Below are positions 12,375 to 25,225 of a stretch of DNA of 64,000 bases, piece by piece. A program made the position numbers and the translations under genes. The notes below the pieces were generated by a model. It saw only the letters and a list, made by a program, of their open reading frames with translations. It had not been told where the DNA came from and did not search any database. Source of the DNA: Octopus vulgaris. Taxonomy: Eukaryota. The stretch covers positions 124,682,001-124,746,000 of the forward strand of contig OX597817.1 of NCBI GenBank assembly GCA_951406725.2. The letters are read 5' to 3'. Every line of letters begins with the position of its first letter. Position 1 is the stretch's first letter.

Positions 12375-12880
12375 TCTTGATCATAGTGGAGACTGCTTTA
12401 GAACCATATGTACAACCTTTCCCAGTCTCAGTAATGGGAAGACGAAGGCAGGAATATTTGATGGACCTCAAATAAGAACACTCCTCAGGAATCCACATTT
12501 TGTTACAAGAATGAATGCAGCGGAGGCTAGAGCTTGGAATGCCTTCTCTGATGTGGTGTGGAATTTCCTTTGGAACAGAAAAGCTGACAACTATCAAGAG
12601 ATAGTGGAGGGGCTACTCTTGAGTTTGCAAGCACCTGGATGAAGAATGAACATTAAATTGCACTACTTACTCAGTCACTGGGGTGAGTTTCCAGGGGAAC
12701 CTGGGTGATATTAGAGAAGAACAAGATGAACACTTTCATCAAGATGTAAAAGTAATAGAAGAATGCTACCAAACCTGATGGGACTTAAACATGATGGCAG
12801 ATTGCTGCTGGAGTGTGATGAGAGATATTCTAGAAACTGTGCACCAGAGATTGTCAAAAAAGAGTAAGTTCTTGCAGTAA
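12375..12880 (+). pseudogene. Decayed DNA transposase C-terminal half, probably Chapaev/CMC type
   Basis: Manual translation: DCFRTICTTFPSLSNGKTKAGIFDGPQIRTL...AWNAFSDVVWNFL...G*RMNIKLHYLLSH...FP/NLGDIREEQDEHFHQDVKVIEE.YQ.*WDLNMMADCCW, with two stops and one frameshift. Family assigned from recalled GIFxGPQIR, KxHxLxSH and ExFHQD motifs. Confidence 0.75.
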
Positions 12881-13164
12881 TAAGATGATCAAAATGGATG
12901 ACCACAATGAATGGAGATTTTGTATTCATATTTTGTTATAACCAAGCTTAATTCTTATATGCTAAAGTGCATTTACTCCCACAGCTTTGTGATTTGATTT
13001 ATTAGATTAAGAAGAAGACATATTGTCTATTAAAATTGCATCTACATATGGTTTAATTCTTCCTTTATAAGCATTAAATATCTGTTTCTAACAAAACTGA
13101 AAGATTTTATATCTCAAAAATATAATGTGATAGACAAAATCTTTTACTGTTGTCTCCATAAAAC

Positions 13165-13393
13165 AATAATTTCAGTGTGGAATAGATTATGCTTACAGAT
13201 TAACAGTAACATACAATTCATCTCTTAGAGTTGAATCATTGACATGGTTATAATAATCTGGTGACCATAATGTTCTGATGAGCTAGCATTCTTTATTTTC
13301 ATTAATTTGTGAATATACAATTGCATTGAATAAAGCATAGCATGCATATTAATGCAAACATGTTAACATAGTTTATTCCACACTGAAATTATT
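13165..13393. repeat. MITE-like inverted repeat
   Basis: AATAATTTCAGTGTGGAATA / TATTCCACACTGAAATTATT is a perfect 20-bp inverted match that extends imperfectly inward. Confidence 0.6.
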
Positions 13394-14655
13394 ACTGCAT
13401 AAAGAAGGTTATGAAACAGCTGTAATCCTAAAAATACCAAGTGGTTAGATAACTATATTTACCTCTCATACCTTCTCACATTTTATGGTTTATATAGTCA
13501 TGGAACAATTTCATCAACTAGATATTCTGGATTTCAGCATCATGGACAATCATCAATTGGACTGTCAGCTTAGTTTATAAAAGGTGCTTTCTTTGTCAGC
13601 AACACAATTCTCTAATTCCATACCGTATACTACAAACTGATATTGACCTCTAAATCTACAATTTTTGTATATTCTCTCTGTTTACTTCCTCGTTTACTTT
13701 TCTGTTGAAGAGCATAGGCTTGAAATGTAAAGACTTTCTCACCTTCCTGAGTGTCAAACTAGTACACCTGCTTGTTTTTTATACATGTCTTCATCTGTTG
13801 TTTTTCTGTAAACATCAAATATATGTGTGTGTGTGCATGAGTATGTATGTATATGTGTGTGTGTGCATGTGAGTGTGTGTGTATTTATGTACGTATATAT
13901 TTCTGTGTACACAGTGTAAATCAGTGTGTTGAGTTATATCCCTAGCTACAGGAAGTCAAAATATAGCCATCCAATAGAGATTGATAAGATAAGTACTGGG
14001 ATCAAGTGAAAACCTTTGATGGTAGATCCATAGCATTGCTCCAATCTACTTACAGAGACCTGTAAAATAAAAAAAGAAATAAACATTGCACCAACGTCCA
14101 TTTTTCTCTTTGACCATAGATTTGATGGGCCAATTATGTATCTCAATCCAGCATAATTATGTCTGTGAGTCTCAGCAAATGAAGTCTGACCCCGTTGCTT
14201 CTGGACATGTCTTCTGCTGCTATATGCACTTTCCAACATCAGTTAATAGCACTTTTTACTTAGTAACTTATTCCCTTTTTCATCACATGTCTGTTTCAGC
14301 ACAGTCTCCTATCTTCACATTAGCTGATGCCTTTAATGTCCTGCTACTGTCTCATCTCATTTGACTGTTACTTTTCATAGATTTTAACGTTAAACATCCT
14401 TATTGTTTTCATGTTACATTTAATGCTTGCATGGGTCAAATAGTATTTAATGAAGCAAATTTTCTATGTCTGGTTACCTTGTGTATTGCTAACGTTCACC
14501 TATTTCCAAGGAAGGTTGTACTTATCTGTGCATGACTAGACATAGAAGATTATAAATGAATGATACTGGTAGCATAATATCAACACTCATTTACAAGTAT
14601 AAATAAATCTCAAGAAACACACACATACATATATATACATAAATGTTTACATACA

Positions 14656-14687
<32 letters not shown>

Positions 14688-14747
14688 TCTTTTATATATA
14701 TATATTTATATATATATATATACACACATATATATATATATATATAT

Positions 14748-15075
14748 ACTACACTCACGGAGTGGTTGGCGTTAGGAAGGGCATCCAGCCGTAGAAACAC
14801 TGCCAGATTTGACTGGGCCTGATGAAGCCTTCTGGCTTCACAGATAGCAGAACTCCAACCCATGCTAGCATGGAAAACGGACGCTAAATGATGATGATGA
14901 TGATGATGATATATATTACACTCACGGAGTGGTTGGTGTTAGGAAGGGCATCCAGCTGTAGAAACACTGCCAGATCAGACTGGAGCTTGTTGCAGCTTCC
15001 TGGCTTCCCAGACCCCGGTCGAACCATCCAACCTATCCAAGCATGGAAAAATGGACGTTAAACGCTGATGATGAT
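14748..15075 (+). mobile_element. Two adjacent 5'-truncated RTE-type 3' ends
   Basis: TACACTCACGGAGTGGTTGG.GTTAGGAAGGGCATCCAGC...GCATGGAAAA.GGACG.TAAA(TGA)n occurs twice (14748-14910 and 14917-15075). Confidence 0.75.
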
Positions 15076-15113
15076 GTAAATGGCCATCTAAGCATCTGTT
15101 AGTCAGAAAAAAT

Positions 15114-15489
15114 ATAATCCAAATTAGAAGATGAGAAAGGAGCTTATCACATTATTAATGAGTAGTTACAATTGCTTTGGTACTAACTCTGTTTTCAATG
15201 CCAATTCATGTGAAAAGTTTTGTAATATTTGTGGCTTTAAACATTAGAATGGCACTTCTTCAGACCAGCATCAAACAAAGCACAATGCTTGGCAGATGTA
15301 CATTGTAAGATGGCACATTTGATTCAGATCTGATGAAGAGCCATTCTAATGTTTAAAACTGCAAATATTACACAATTTTCCACGTGGAACTTTTTGTGTG
15401 AACTGGCATTGAAAACAGGGTGGGCACAGAAACAATTGTAACTGGGCATTAAAGATGTGATAAACACTTTGTCTTCTTATTTAGATTAT
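15114..15489. repeat. Foldback element with ~150-bp imperfect inverted arms
   Basis: 15114-15264 is the imperfect reverse complement of 15329-15489, with a ~64-bp spacer; inner ends read CTGATGAAG / CTGAAGAAG. Confidence 0.8.
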
Positions 15490-16567
15490 GTTTTATTCTT
15501 CACTAAGCCCATGCAATTTGGATTTTCTGCATCTGAGGAATTTTGATCTTTCTTAAAACTACAATCCAGTTGGGTCAAGCACAAGGGCACTTGCAAAGCA
15601 AAAAAAAACCCCTTTAGTTGGGGGTTGGGGTGGGGGAACATTAACATTTCTGCTATGGCAAACAGATCCTCTTGAGTACAGCAAAGTACCAGATATCTCA
15701 ATCTATGTATGTCTTATTAATTAATAGCGATGTTTTTAATAGTGGACTGTTAAAATTCATTGCAATTTCTGAATGCTTCAATAGCCAACTGTTTGTATGT
15801 GTATGTCCACCAGCTTTTAGACTAGGAGTTTTGTATTCTTTCATACCATAACAATTGACTTATGTGGTTGACATCAAGAAAGGTACCTGACCACAAAACA
15901 TTCCAGACCCAACCCAGCCTAGTATGGAAAAGTAGGCATAAAAACATGCTGCTGCTAGTTGGTCTTCTTAATGAGAAATTTCAAATACTCCTTTCTTTTG
16001 AATATGAATACCTTGTAGAGAAATATTTCTGATTTATTATTATTATTTTTGTTTTGTTGTTTTATGATAGATTAAAGTGCTAATTACTTTTTTTCTTTTC
16101 CAAGTATAATTCCTTTAGTGATTATGTCTTAATCATTGCACTTGATTACTGTCTCCATTTATTATGGAGATTGTTGAACATCTCTGAGAAATTTTACACC
16201 AAGCTTCAGTATATCGTTAATTGATAAATTGAATAATGATAATTTGCTGCTAAATAATATATAGATTGCTCAAAGAATATATTCAATTAGCACAAAAACA
16301 TACACACAAACACACACGCACATATACATACATGCACATATACATACACGCACATATACATACACGCACATGCATATGTATGTGTGAGCCAGCTCTATGG
16401 AAGATCCACATGTGTATTTATCTCTGTACAACTTTTGTGATGTTTGGTGGCTTCATATATCTACATACAAACATTTGCGTATAACCTTGCATGCAAAGAA
16501 AGATATATGCATTCATGTACGCAAATAAATGCATTAAGATACATGTTTCAAGAACATATATATACAT

Positions 16568-16600
<33 letters not shown>

Positions 16601-16649
16601 CATACATACATATATATACATATATATATACATACATACATATATATAT

Positions 16650-16684
<35 letters not shown>

Positions 16685-17570
16685 CATACATATATATATA
16701 TATATATGCTATCAGTTTGTATTTTATATCTACAATTGAAAACACAGAAATTTATGGTTATGTCATACTTATATTCTTATTAGCATACATACCATAAATA
16801 GTTTAAGGCATTTTTATCAAATTCATTTGTCTAGATTAATTTTGATTAATTACAAGAAGGAAAAAATTCAACACTCTACAAAATAAAACATTTCTACCTA
16901 TTGTTGCTTAATAAGTTTGATATGCTTTTTTTTTCTTCAAAATATGAAATCAACAAAAATAAAGAAAAAAACCACCTTTGTGATGCAAAAATACCTCAAG
17001 CAAGATGTTCGATAGCTGATGGAGAATTTAATCCTCGCAACTTGACAAAATCAGGTGCAATCAAATACATTTAGGGTTTCTTTAAAAGTTCTAAAAGAAA
17101 TATGCAAAGTTTTACTTTGTTGTTTTTCGTTCAGAGCTGTAAGCATTGTATTGAATGAAGAATATTGTCTATACTGTAGAGAAAACAAATCCAGAAAGTT
17201 TTATCTACATAGAAGTAGATTATATTTCATAGTGCTGTCTTCACTGTATCTCATTTTGAGCTCTGTGCACTAAAGAACTAATTATCCGCAGGCTATGAAA
17301 ATGAAACTCAATGCCTTTTTCATTTTTTTCATTTGCAGTTTCTTTTTGTTTATAATTATTAGAAACATTGGTTTAGTATTTTGAGAGATAGATGCTTTTA
17401 TTTCATTGTCATCAAAAGCCAATTATTTTCACTTTGTCATTTAGTTTGTTGGTTTTTTTTTCTAAATCTTCTTTAATTTGAGAATGTTGAAAATTTTTAG
17501 CATATAAACTAAATGTAGCAGGCATAAAATGTAACTATTAATTCTATTTCATACATTACTCAATAACATA

Positions 17571-17790
17571 AGGTGGTGAGCTGGTCGAGTCATTATCACA
17601 CCAGGAAAAAATCCTAAGAGGCATTTTATCTGCCTTCATGTTCCAAGTTCAAATTCCTCCAAGGTTGACTTTGCCTTTCATTCATTTTGGGGTTGATCAA
17701 ATAAGTACCATTTGAACACTTAGGGGCGTTGTAACTGACTTATCCCTTCGCCCAAAATTACAGGCCTTGTGCCAACATTTGAAATCAGTA
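17571..17790 (+). mobile_element. SINE family B (degenerate)
   Basis: AGGTGGTGAGCTGG head and TTTGCCTTTCAT...GGGGTTGAT.AAATAAGTACCA body. Confidence 0.7.
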
Positions 17791-19132
17791 TTACTCAATA
17801 ACCAATGTGAATATTCTATAAAATCACCTTGAGAATGTTATATGGTTTGGGATTTTCTTTGATATTTTATAATCATTGAAAGGGAATGTCAGTTGCTGTA
17901 GCTAGACTGAACGGTTATATTTTACTTTGCAATCAATAGACCCCAGACTTGATCCCACTGTACTGCTTGGTGTAAAATTTCCATAGAAATATGTAACCTT
18001 AACATATTCTTGAAGCAGAATCAGGATGACATAATGTCTGCCATACTTGGATCTTTAAATAACAGGTGCAACCTATCCAATGGATATCTGCACAGCTACT
18101 AACCTAATTTCACACACAAGTCTTGGGTCAACCTGCATCTGTGGAAAGGACGCCAGCCTAAGATGCAAGGCTAATGTGAAAAACATTAACCAAGATGCAT
18201 GGCACGTTTCTTTAAGTGTCTTTTACCATACAACCTTGGAACAATACAAGCTATGTGAATGAAATCAGGTAGACATATACTTCAGAAACCTGTCAGATAG
18301 ATTATTCAAGAAAAGGGTCAAAGGTTCATAAGGCCATCTTCCTGGAATTAGGGCAAATATATTCCAACCCCTAGAGAGGATACCAGTCTGTTAGAGGATT
18401 ACTCATTTATCAGCTGAGTGAACTGAAGTAACATGAAATGAAGCATTCTGCTAAAGAACACAAGGCATTACCTGGTCTGGAAATTGAAACCACAATCTTA
18501 CAGCCATGCACGTAACACCCTAACTACTAAGTTATATACTTCCATGGATGGATTATTATCTGTAATTAAAAAGTATAATTACATAGGTCATTCACTGTAT
18601 CATGCTGGTAATACTTTAGAGCTGAATTAAGGGGACACTCATCTCTGGAATACCTAGTCATTTACACATTAATAAGATGAGTGAACTCCTGAATAATCAT
18701 TCTCGAATCTAACAGAGATCTATTTCCTTCATTGTAATCCAGTAATTTCATAAATCCAGAGAAAGTTATTCAGTTTATGGATGAGATCTTATGAGTCAGT
18801 ACAGAGCATTTAATGTAAGTTAGAGACAAAGCAGGCAACAGTCTTTATTTTTCAAACTACTCATAGAGTATATCAATAAATGTTAGCAGTCACTCCGTTC
18901 CTAAATTAATTAAAATTTATAAGATGCATGAAACAGTTGTAAATGTTTGAGATATTATTAAAACCTACCCATAAATAGGTAGAAAAAGAGAGATTGAATG
19001 ATAATTACTGCTTCAGATATTATTATGCCTTCCTCAAAGCTATAACTTATTCTGTCTTCACAAACAATTGATTACACTATATTAGATGCCTCTGCAAAAT
19101 TGTATTGAAAACCACTGTTGTAACACTTATTT

Positions 19133-19512
19133 TTTATTCTTTTATTTGTTTCAGTCATTTGACTGTGGCCATGCTGGAGCACCACCTTTAGTCGAACAAA
19201 TCAACCCCAGGACTTATTCTCTGTAAGCCTAGTACTTATCCTATCAGTCTCTTTTCCTGAACTGCTAAGTTACAGGATGTAAACACACCAACATCGGTTG
19301 TCAAGTGATGGTGAGTGGACACACACAAACACACACATACACATATATGCAACAAGCGTCTTTCAATTTCTGTCTACCAAATCCACTCACAAGGCTTTGG
19401 TTGGCCCGTGGCTATAGTAGAAGACACTTGCCCAAGGTGTCACACAGTGGGACTGAACCCAGAACCATGTGGTTGGTAAGCAAGCTACTTACCACACAGT
19501 CATGCCTGCGCC
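19133..19512 (-). mobile_element. SINE family A
   Basis: Full-length reverse-complement match to 22940-23340. Confidence 0.9.
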
Positions 19513-19526
19513 TAAATCTTTATTTT

Positions 19527-19890
19527 TTATCTTTAACTTGTTTCAGTCATTGAACTGTGGCTAAGCTGAGGCACTACCTTGAAGGTTTTGTTGAACAAAT
19601 TGACTTGGAACTAATTTTTAAAGCTTTAAACTTATTCCATTGGTCTCTTTTGTTGAACTGCTAAGTTACAGGGATGTAAGCAAGCCAATATCAGTCGTCT
19701 AAGTTGTCATAAAAATGCACATACACATATATGTAAATGATGGGCTTCTTTCAGTTTCTGTCTATCAAATCCATTTACAAATCATTGGTTAGCCAGGGAT
19801 TATAGTAGAAACCACTTGCCCAAGGTGGCATGTAGTGTGACTGAACACAAAACCACACAGTTGGGAAGGAAGCTTCTTAACTACACAACC
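19527..19890 (-). mobile_element. SINE family A (older copy, tandem with the previous one)
   Basis: Diverged match to the same family. Confidence 0.75.
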
Positions 19891-20766
19891 CAAATAGACA
19901 GATTTGAATATTTGGCAAGTTTAACACAAATTACTGATATGCCATCTGTTCTGTTGCATTGATACTTCAAATTAACAAATGGTAGAATGGAATGACAGAC
20001 ATAATCTGTCACTGGTTTCAACTCCACAACCTGGACTTTGAATATTTTATAGCAGAGTTTATAAGTGCATCAAATTTGTGAACTTTACTGAATAAATTTT
20101 TACCAACATATATCAATTATCTCCGCAAACTCTTATCTTTATTCGTAATGTATGCAACTAAATATGTATCAAACAGGATCAGAATTCAGAGGACAGATGA
20201 ACGTTATAATAAAGTCTACAGTGCATTACTTTGTCATAATTGTTTTGTGTTATCAATTAACCATCAAGACTAAGTGTAAAAACAAATTTATTCTTAACTG
20301 GATTGCACTTGTAATGGTTTACTCTGCTTTCTACTTTAAATTCAATTTAATAGTGTCTGAAAGGGTTTAAATTGATGTCAAAATGTTTGATATTTCCAAC
20401 TATACAATTTGATGTTAATGTGCATCAAAGTTTGAAATGAGACTTATAAATCATGAATATATTACCATAATTACCTGAGTTCCTGTTTTTAACATTACTT
20501 CAGAACTATACATCTATGTGCAGCCATTCTTTATAAGTGAGATATAGAATAGAAAAAAAGATAACAGCCTACCAAAATATATACAGATAATGCAAAATAA
20601 GCTTTTCAAAAATTTGAAACAGTGTACAAGTAAACATAAGTATTATGTTCGGTTAATAAAAAAAATCACACTGTAGCAATAAAAATACAATACCTGGTGC
20701 TATTGTCTCCATTTTAGTTTAGCTATAGATATAGAAATGTTTTATGTGTATGTATGTATATATGTA

Positions 20767-20797
<31 letters not shown>

Positions 20798-21854
20798 GTA
20801 TATATATATATATGTTTATACATATATATACATACATATATGTATACATGTATGTATGTATGTATATACATATATAAATACATATACATTCATACACACA
20901 CACATGTATATATAAACTTGAGAAGTGCTTTTTCAGTTTAGTAATTGCAGCGTCACAGAGATATATCAATTTAACTACACAAGTAGGGTAAGTTGTAACT
21001 GAAAGGAATATATCAAAATATAAAGATGTAATATTACATTTGAGATAATCCTTTTCATTACAACCTAAAGAAATAAATCATTTTATTATTTGATTATTCT
21101 CTCGTTGAAAAAGAAATAGTGAATAAAGACTTTTTTTTAATGTAGCCAACTTTTCTGTGATATAAAACATTTAAAAGATACATCCAGCGTACATTAAACA
21201 TTTATAGATTTGTAATGGATTGATATTTCATCTTTCATTTACCACAAAAGTACAATTTATTGAAATATTACTTGAAACAAAAATATTTAGCCATTACTTA
21301 TAGACCTACTATAACTTTTCGTTAGTATACTGTTTCACTTTCAAGTTTTTGACGTATATATATATACATATATATATATGTATGTATGTTTGTATGTACA
21401 TATTTATGTATGTATATTATTTTAAACTTTGCAAACATTTAACAAGAACAAAAAGTAGCAGTTGTCAAATATGTTTCTGCGATCATATTTTCAGTTATAT
21501 ATCTGTTTACTGAGAGCACAGTGAATATTCTTAGACACAATTTCAATACTTGGATTGTATTTCTTTTTCAAAGAATATGTTTCATATTGATAGCTGTTAC
21601 TGAGATTTCAATATAATGCAAATGAAGAATGATTTGTGGTAAAAAAAATAATGGCAGTTTCAAACATGTACTCTGCATTTAACTAGATCTGATTTTATTT
21701 GGCTATTACAATCTATAAGTTAGTTCAATTCTTACCTTCTGAATTCAAATTCTATTGCAATCAATTTTGCCTTTTATCTGTATGGCGGGTGATAAAATAA
21801 AGTACCAACCAAATTTCTGGGACACTATAATAAACAACATCTACTTAAATCACT

Positions 21855-22068
21855 TACTCTTTTACTTGTTTCAGTAATTTGACTGTGGCCGTGCTGGAGC
21901 ACCGCCTTAAGTCGAGCAAATCTATCCCAGGACTTATTCTTTGTAAGCCTAGTTTTTATTCTATCAGTCTCTTTTGCCAAACTGCTAGATTACAGGGATG
22001 TAAACATGCCAGCATCAGTTGTCAAGCGATGTTGGGGGGGGACAAATACAGACACACAAACACAGACA

Positions 22069-22130
<62 letters not shown>

Positions 22131-22260
22131 CGATAAATATGATGGGCTTCTTTCAGTTTCCGTCTACCAAATCCACTCACAAGGCTTTGGTTGGCCCAAG
22201 GCTATAGTAGAAGACACTTGCCTAAGGTGCCATGCAGTGGGACTGAACCCAGAACTATGT
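21855..22260 (-). mobile_element. SINE family A
   Basis: Match to the family sequence with an internal (CA)n(TA)n tract; head truncated. Confidence 0.9.
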
Positions 22261-22276
22261 GTTCCATGTTCAGTCC

Positions 22277-22663
22277 CACTTGTTGAGGTTATCTCTACAG
22301 ATTTTCTATAGAAATATAGCCAGTGCCCCAGCATGGCCGCAACCTTCAGGCTGAAACATTTTTAAGGATTTAGTACTGATTTTGTTACGACATTTTGTAC
22401 CCAAGATGCTTGATATAAACAACAACGAAATCAGAGATGAAAAATGGGTTATAGGCAGATATAACATATTTCAATTCTTGCTCCTTCATCCAATCCATTA
22501 ATCACCCACGAACTCATTGCTTAAAGAGCCACTAAATATAGCGGTGTAACATTATAGGATATACCAATTTTACATAATAAAGCACATTCCTAAAAGCTGG
22601 TACATAAAATCAGTGCTGGCAATAATTTCTATAGAGAATCTGTAGAGAAAATTTTAACAAGTG
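22277..22663. mobile_element. MITE with CAC...GTG termini
   Basis: CACTTGTTGAGGTTATCTCTACAGATTTTCTATAGAAAT / ATTTCTATAGAGAATCTGTAGAGAAAATTTTAACAAGTG are ~39-bp imperfect TIRs. Confidence 0.7.
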
Positions 22664-22939
22664 ATGTAATAGTACTGCTAACACAACAGAACACAGTATT
22701 TTTTTCTATTTTTTTTGGCTTATAAAATATATTATGGTTGCATAACGAAATACCATGTCTTAACTAGTCATTAACTCTCCTAAAAATGGCAGAGTTGTAA
22801 AAATGGTGGAATGAGGCATTAAATGCTGTATTTTTTAAGTCTTAGTTTGGTTTTTGAGAAAGTATCTTTGATTTTAATCTCCCTTTCAGGGGATTAAATG
22901 AAAAACCAGGGGTCTTTTTTAAGGTTAATTCAATATACT

Positions 22940-23340
22940 AGGTGCAGGAGTGGCTGTGTGGTAAGTAGCTTGCTTACCAACCAAATGGTTCCTGATTCAG
23001 TCCCACTGCTTGGCACCTTGGGCAAGTGTCTTCTACTATAGCCTCGGGCTGACCAAAGCCTTGTGAGTGGATTTGGTAGATGGAAACTGAAAGAAGCCCG
23101 TCGTATATATGTATATGTATATATATGTGTATCTGTGTTTGTCCCCTCAACATCACTTGACAACCGATGCTGATGTGTTTACATCCCCGTAACTTAGCGG
23201 TTCAGCAAAAGAGACCGATAGAATAAGTATTAGGCTTACAAAGAATAAGCCCTGGGGTCGATTTGCTCGACTAAAGGCGGTGCTCCAGCATGGCCACAGT
23301 CAAATGACTGAAACAAGTAAAAGAGTAAAAAGAGAAAGAG
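22940..23340 (+). mobile_element. SINE family A, full length
   Basis: tRNA-like head with A box (TGGCTGTGTGG) and B-box-like GATTCAGTCCC, internal microsatellite, tail GAAACAAGTAAAAGAGTAAAAGAG. Confidence 0.9.
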
Positions 23341-23719
23341 TATACTATACTTTCCTTCTGCAAAATTATGGTTTTGGTATCATTTATTTGAACTACATAT
23401 CAATAATAAAAAAAACCTCTACATAGTTTCTCACCTTCCTAGAAATAGTAATGAAGTCGTCATCAAATCATATCTACTGTCTTGAATAAAGGAAAGACAT
23501 TAGATAATGTATTTCCTTGCATGGAAAAGTAAAGTTGATGGGTATGGTTGGAATGCATTCAATTATGGATCCATCTAATCATAGTTAACCTGGGGCTATG
23601 CAATTACAACATCAATTGGTATTTATTTATTGCCATATTAATACTCATTTAGCTCCAGACTGAGCAGACCTATGATGAAAGATATTCCAGCAGTAACAAT
23701 CTGTTTTTTTTTAATTTCA

Positions 23720-23844
23720 GAGATGATATCAAAAAGTTCCCAGACTTGTTCTGCAGCGTGCCAACGGATAGCAGCACATGATTGCATGCACAGTGAGAGC
23801 TAGCAGTGACCTTCATGGGGAATTGTGCCAAATGCCATTGCTGC

Positions 23845-23893
<49 letters not shown>

Positions 23894-23912
23894 TAATAAT
23901 AGTAATAATAAT

Positions 23913-23974
<62 letters not shown>

Positions 23975-23999
23975 TAATAATAGTAATAATAATATTAAT

Positions 24000-24046
<47 letters not shown>

Positions 24047-24212
24047 TAATAGTGCTATTGTTGTCAAGTGAACGACATTTCGAGATCTTGTGTGATTTCC
24101 AAAGGTTTGTGTTTTTGTGGTCACGTGTAGCAGATAAACATTGCATCAAGGAACCTCATGCATAATTAAATGGAGGCTCCTTGAACAGCCAGGAAACTTT
24201 TTAAACTACTGT
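23720..24212. mobile_element. Mariner-like MITE split by an expanded (AAT)n tract
   Basis: ATCAAAAAGTTCCCAGACT / AGCCAGGAAACTTTTTAAA are degenerate TIRs; (AAT)n spans 23846-24050. Confidence 0.5.
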
Positions 24213-24597
24213 AAAGTTCTATCAATGTCCTCATTTAAAGCTTTCCCTGCTACAAGCTAAGTATTTTTCACTGAATACAACCATCATGGTACTTTCAAAA
24301 ATCCCCACAGCCAGAACTGATGTAAAAGGGATCACTCAGTTCTGTCTGTTAACACTGCCAGCATGGCCAAGATATCATTTTTTTGTTTACAAAATAAACT
24401 GACCATGAAGTACTCTTCCTTACTTGTAGAGAAGCTATGTGCCTTCAACCATTTTATTCTGACAAGGTGCATATGTGGCTAAGCACTTTATAAGTGTGAA
24501 ACAATGGTCACTTTTACACCGGCCATAACAATCAACTTCCTCAAAAGATATATTACTGCCCTAATGTTTTAGAGTGTGTTTCTTATTCAGATATATA

Positions 24598-24766
24598 AAC
24601 TACTCACGATTCTTGGAGTAGTTGGTGTTAAGAAGAGTATCCAGCTGTAGAAATCTTCCCAGATCAGATTGGAACCTGGTGCAACCTTCTGGCTTGCCAG
24701 TCTTCAGTCAAACCGTCCAACATATGCCTTGCAGGGAAATCAGGCGTTAAATGATGATGATGATGA
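24598..24766 (+). mobile_element. RTE-type 3' end fragment
   Basis: Homologous to 14917-15075; ends in (TGA)n. Confidence 0.7.
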
Positions 24767-25029
24767 CATATATATATATTGGAGAATAATGTAGTACTAG
24801 ATTCATATGTTTTAATAAAAAGATCAAATAATCACGGAAGAATTTTCATTTTATCATTATCATTATCATTATTTTCATGTGTTTTTTTTTCATACTAGCA
24901 TGGATTAAATAAGTTCGTTTGAGACAGCGTTTTACAGTCAGATATCTTCTTTAATGCCAATCTTTTACTTTTTCATAACATGCAGGCATACATTGCACCT
25001 ATTTTTTAATTATAGGTCTGTTAAATAAT

Positions 25030-25225
25030 CTTTTCTGCTAAAGGCACAAGGCCTGAAATTTGTGGTTGGGGATAATCGATTATATTGACTCCAGTACTCA
25101 ACAGGTATCAACCCCGAAAGGGTGAAAGGCAAAGTTGGAATTTAAACTCAGAACGTGAAGATGGAAGAAATACCACTAAGCATTTTGCCCGGCATGCTAA
25201 CAATTCTGCCAGCTCATCGCCTAAG
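25030..25225 (-). mobile_element. SINE family B
   Basis: Reverse complement of the 46963-47192 head and body. Confidence 0.75.

Noticed and set aside
22940-23015. tRNA gene candidates at SINE heads
   Set aside because: A/B boxes are present but there is no full cloverleaf, and each continues into a multi-copy SINE body.
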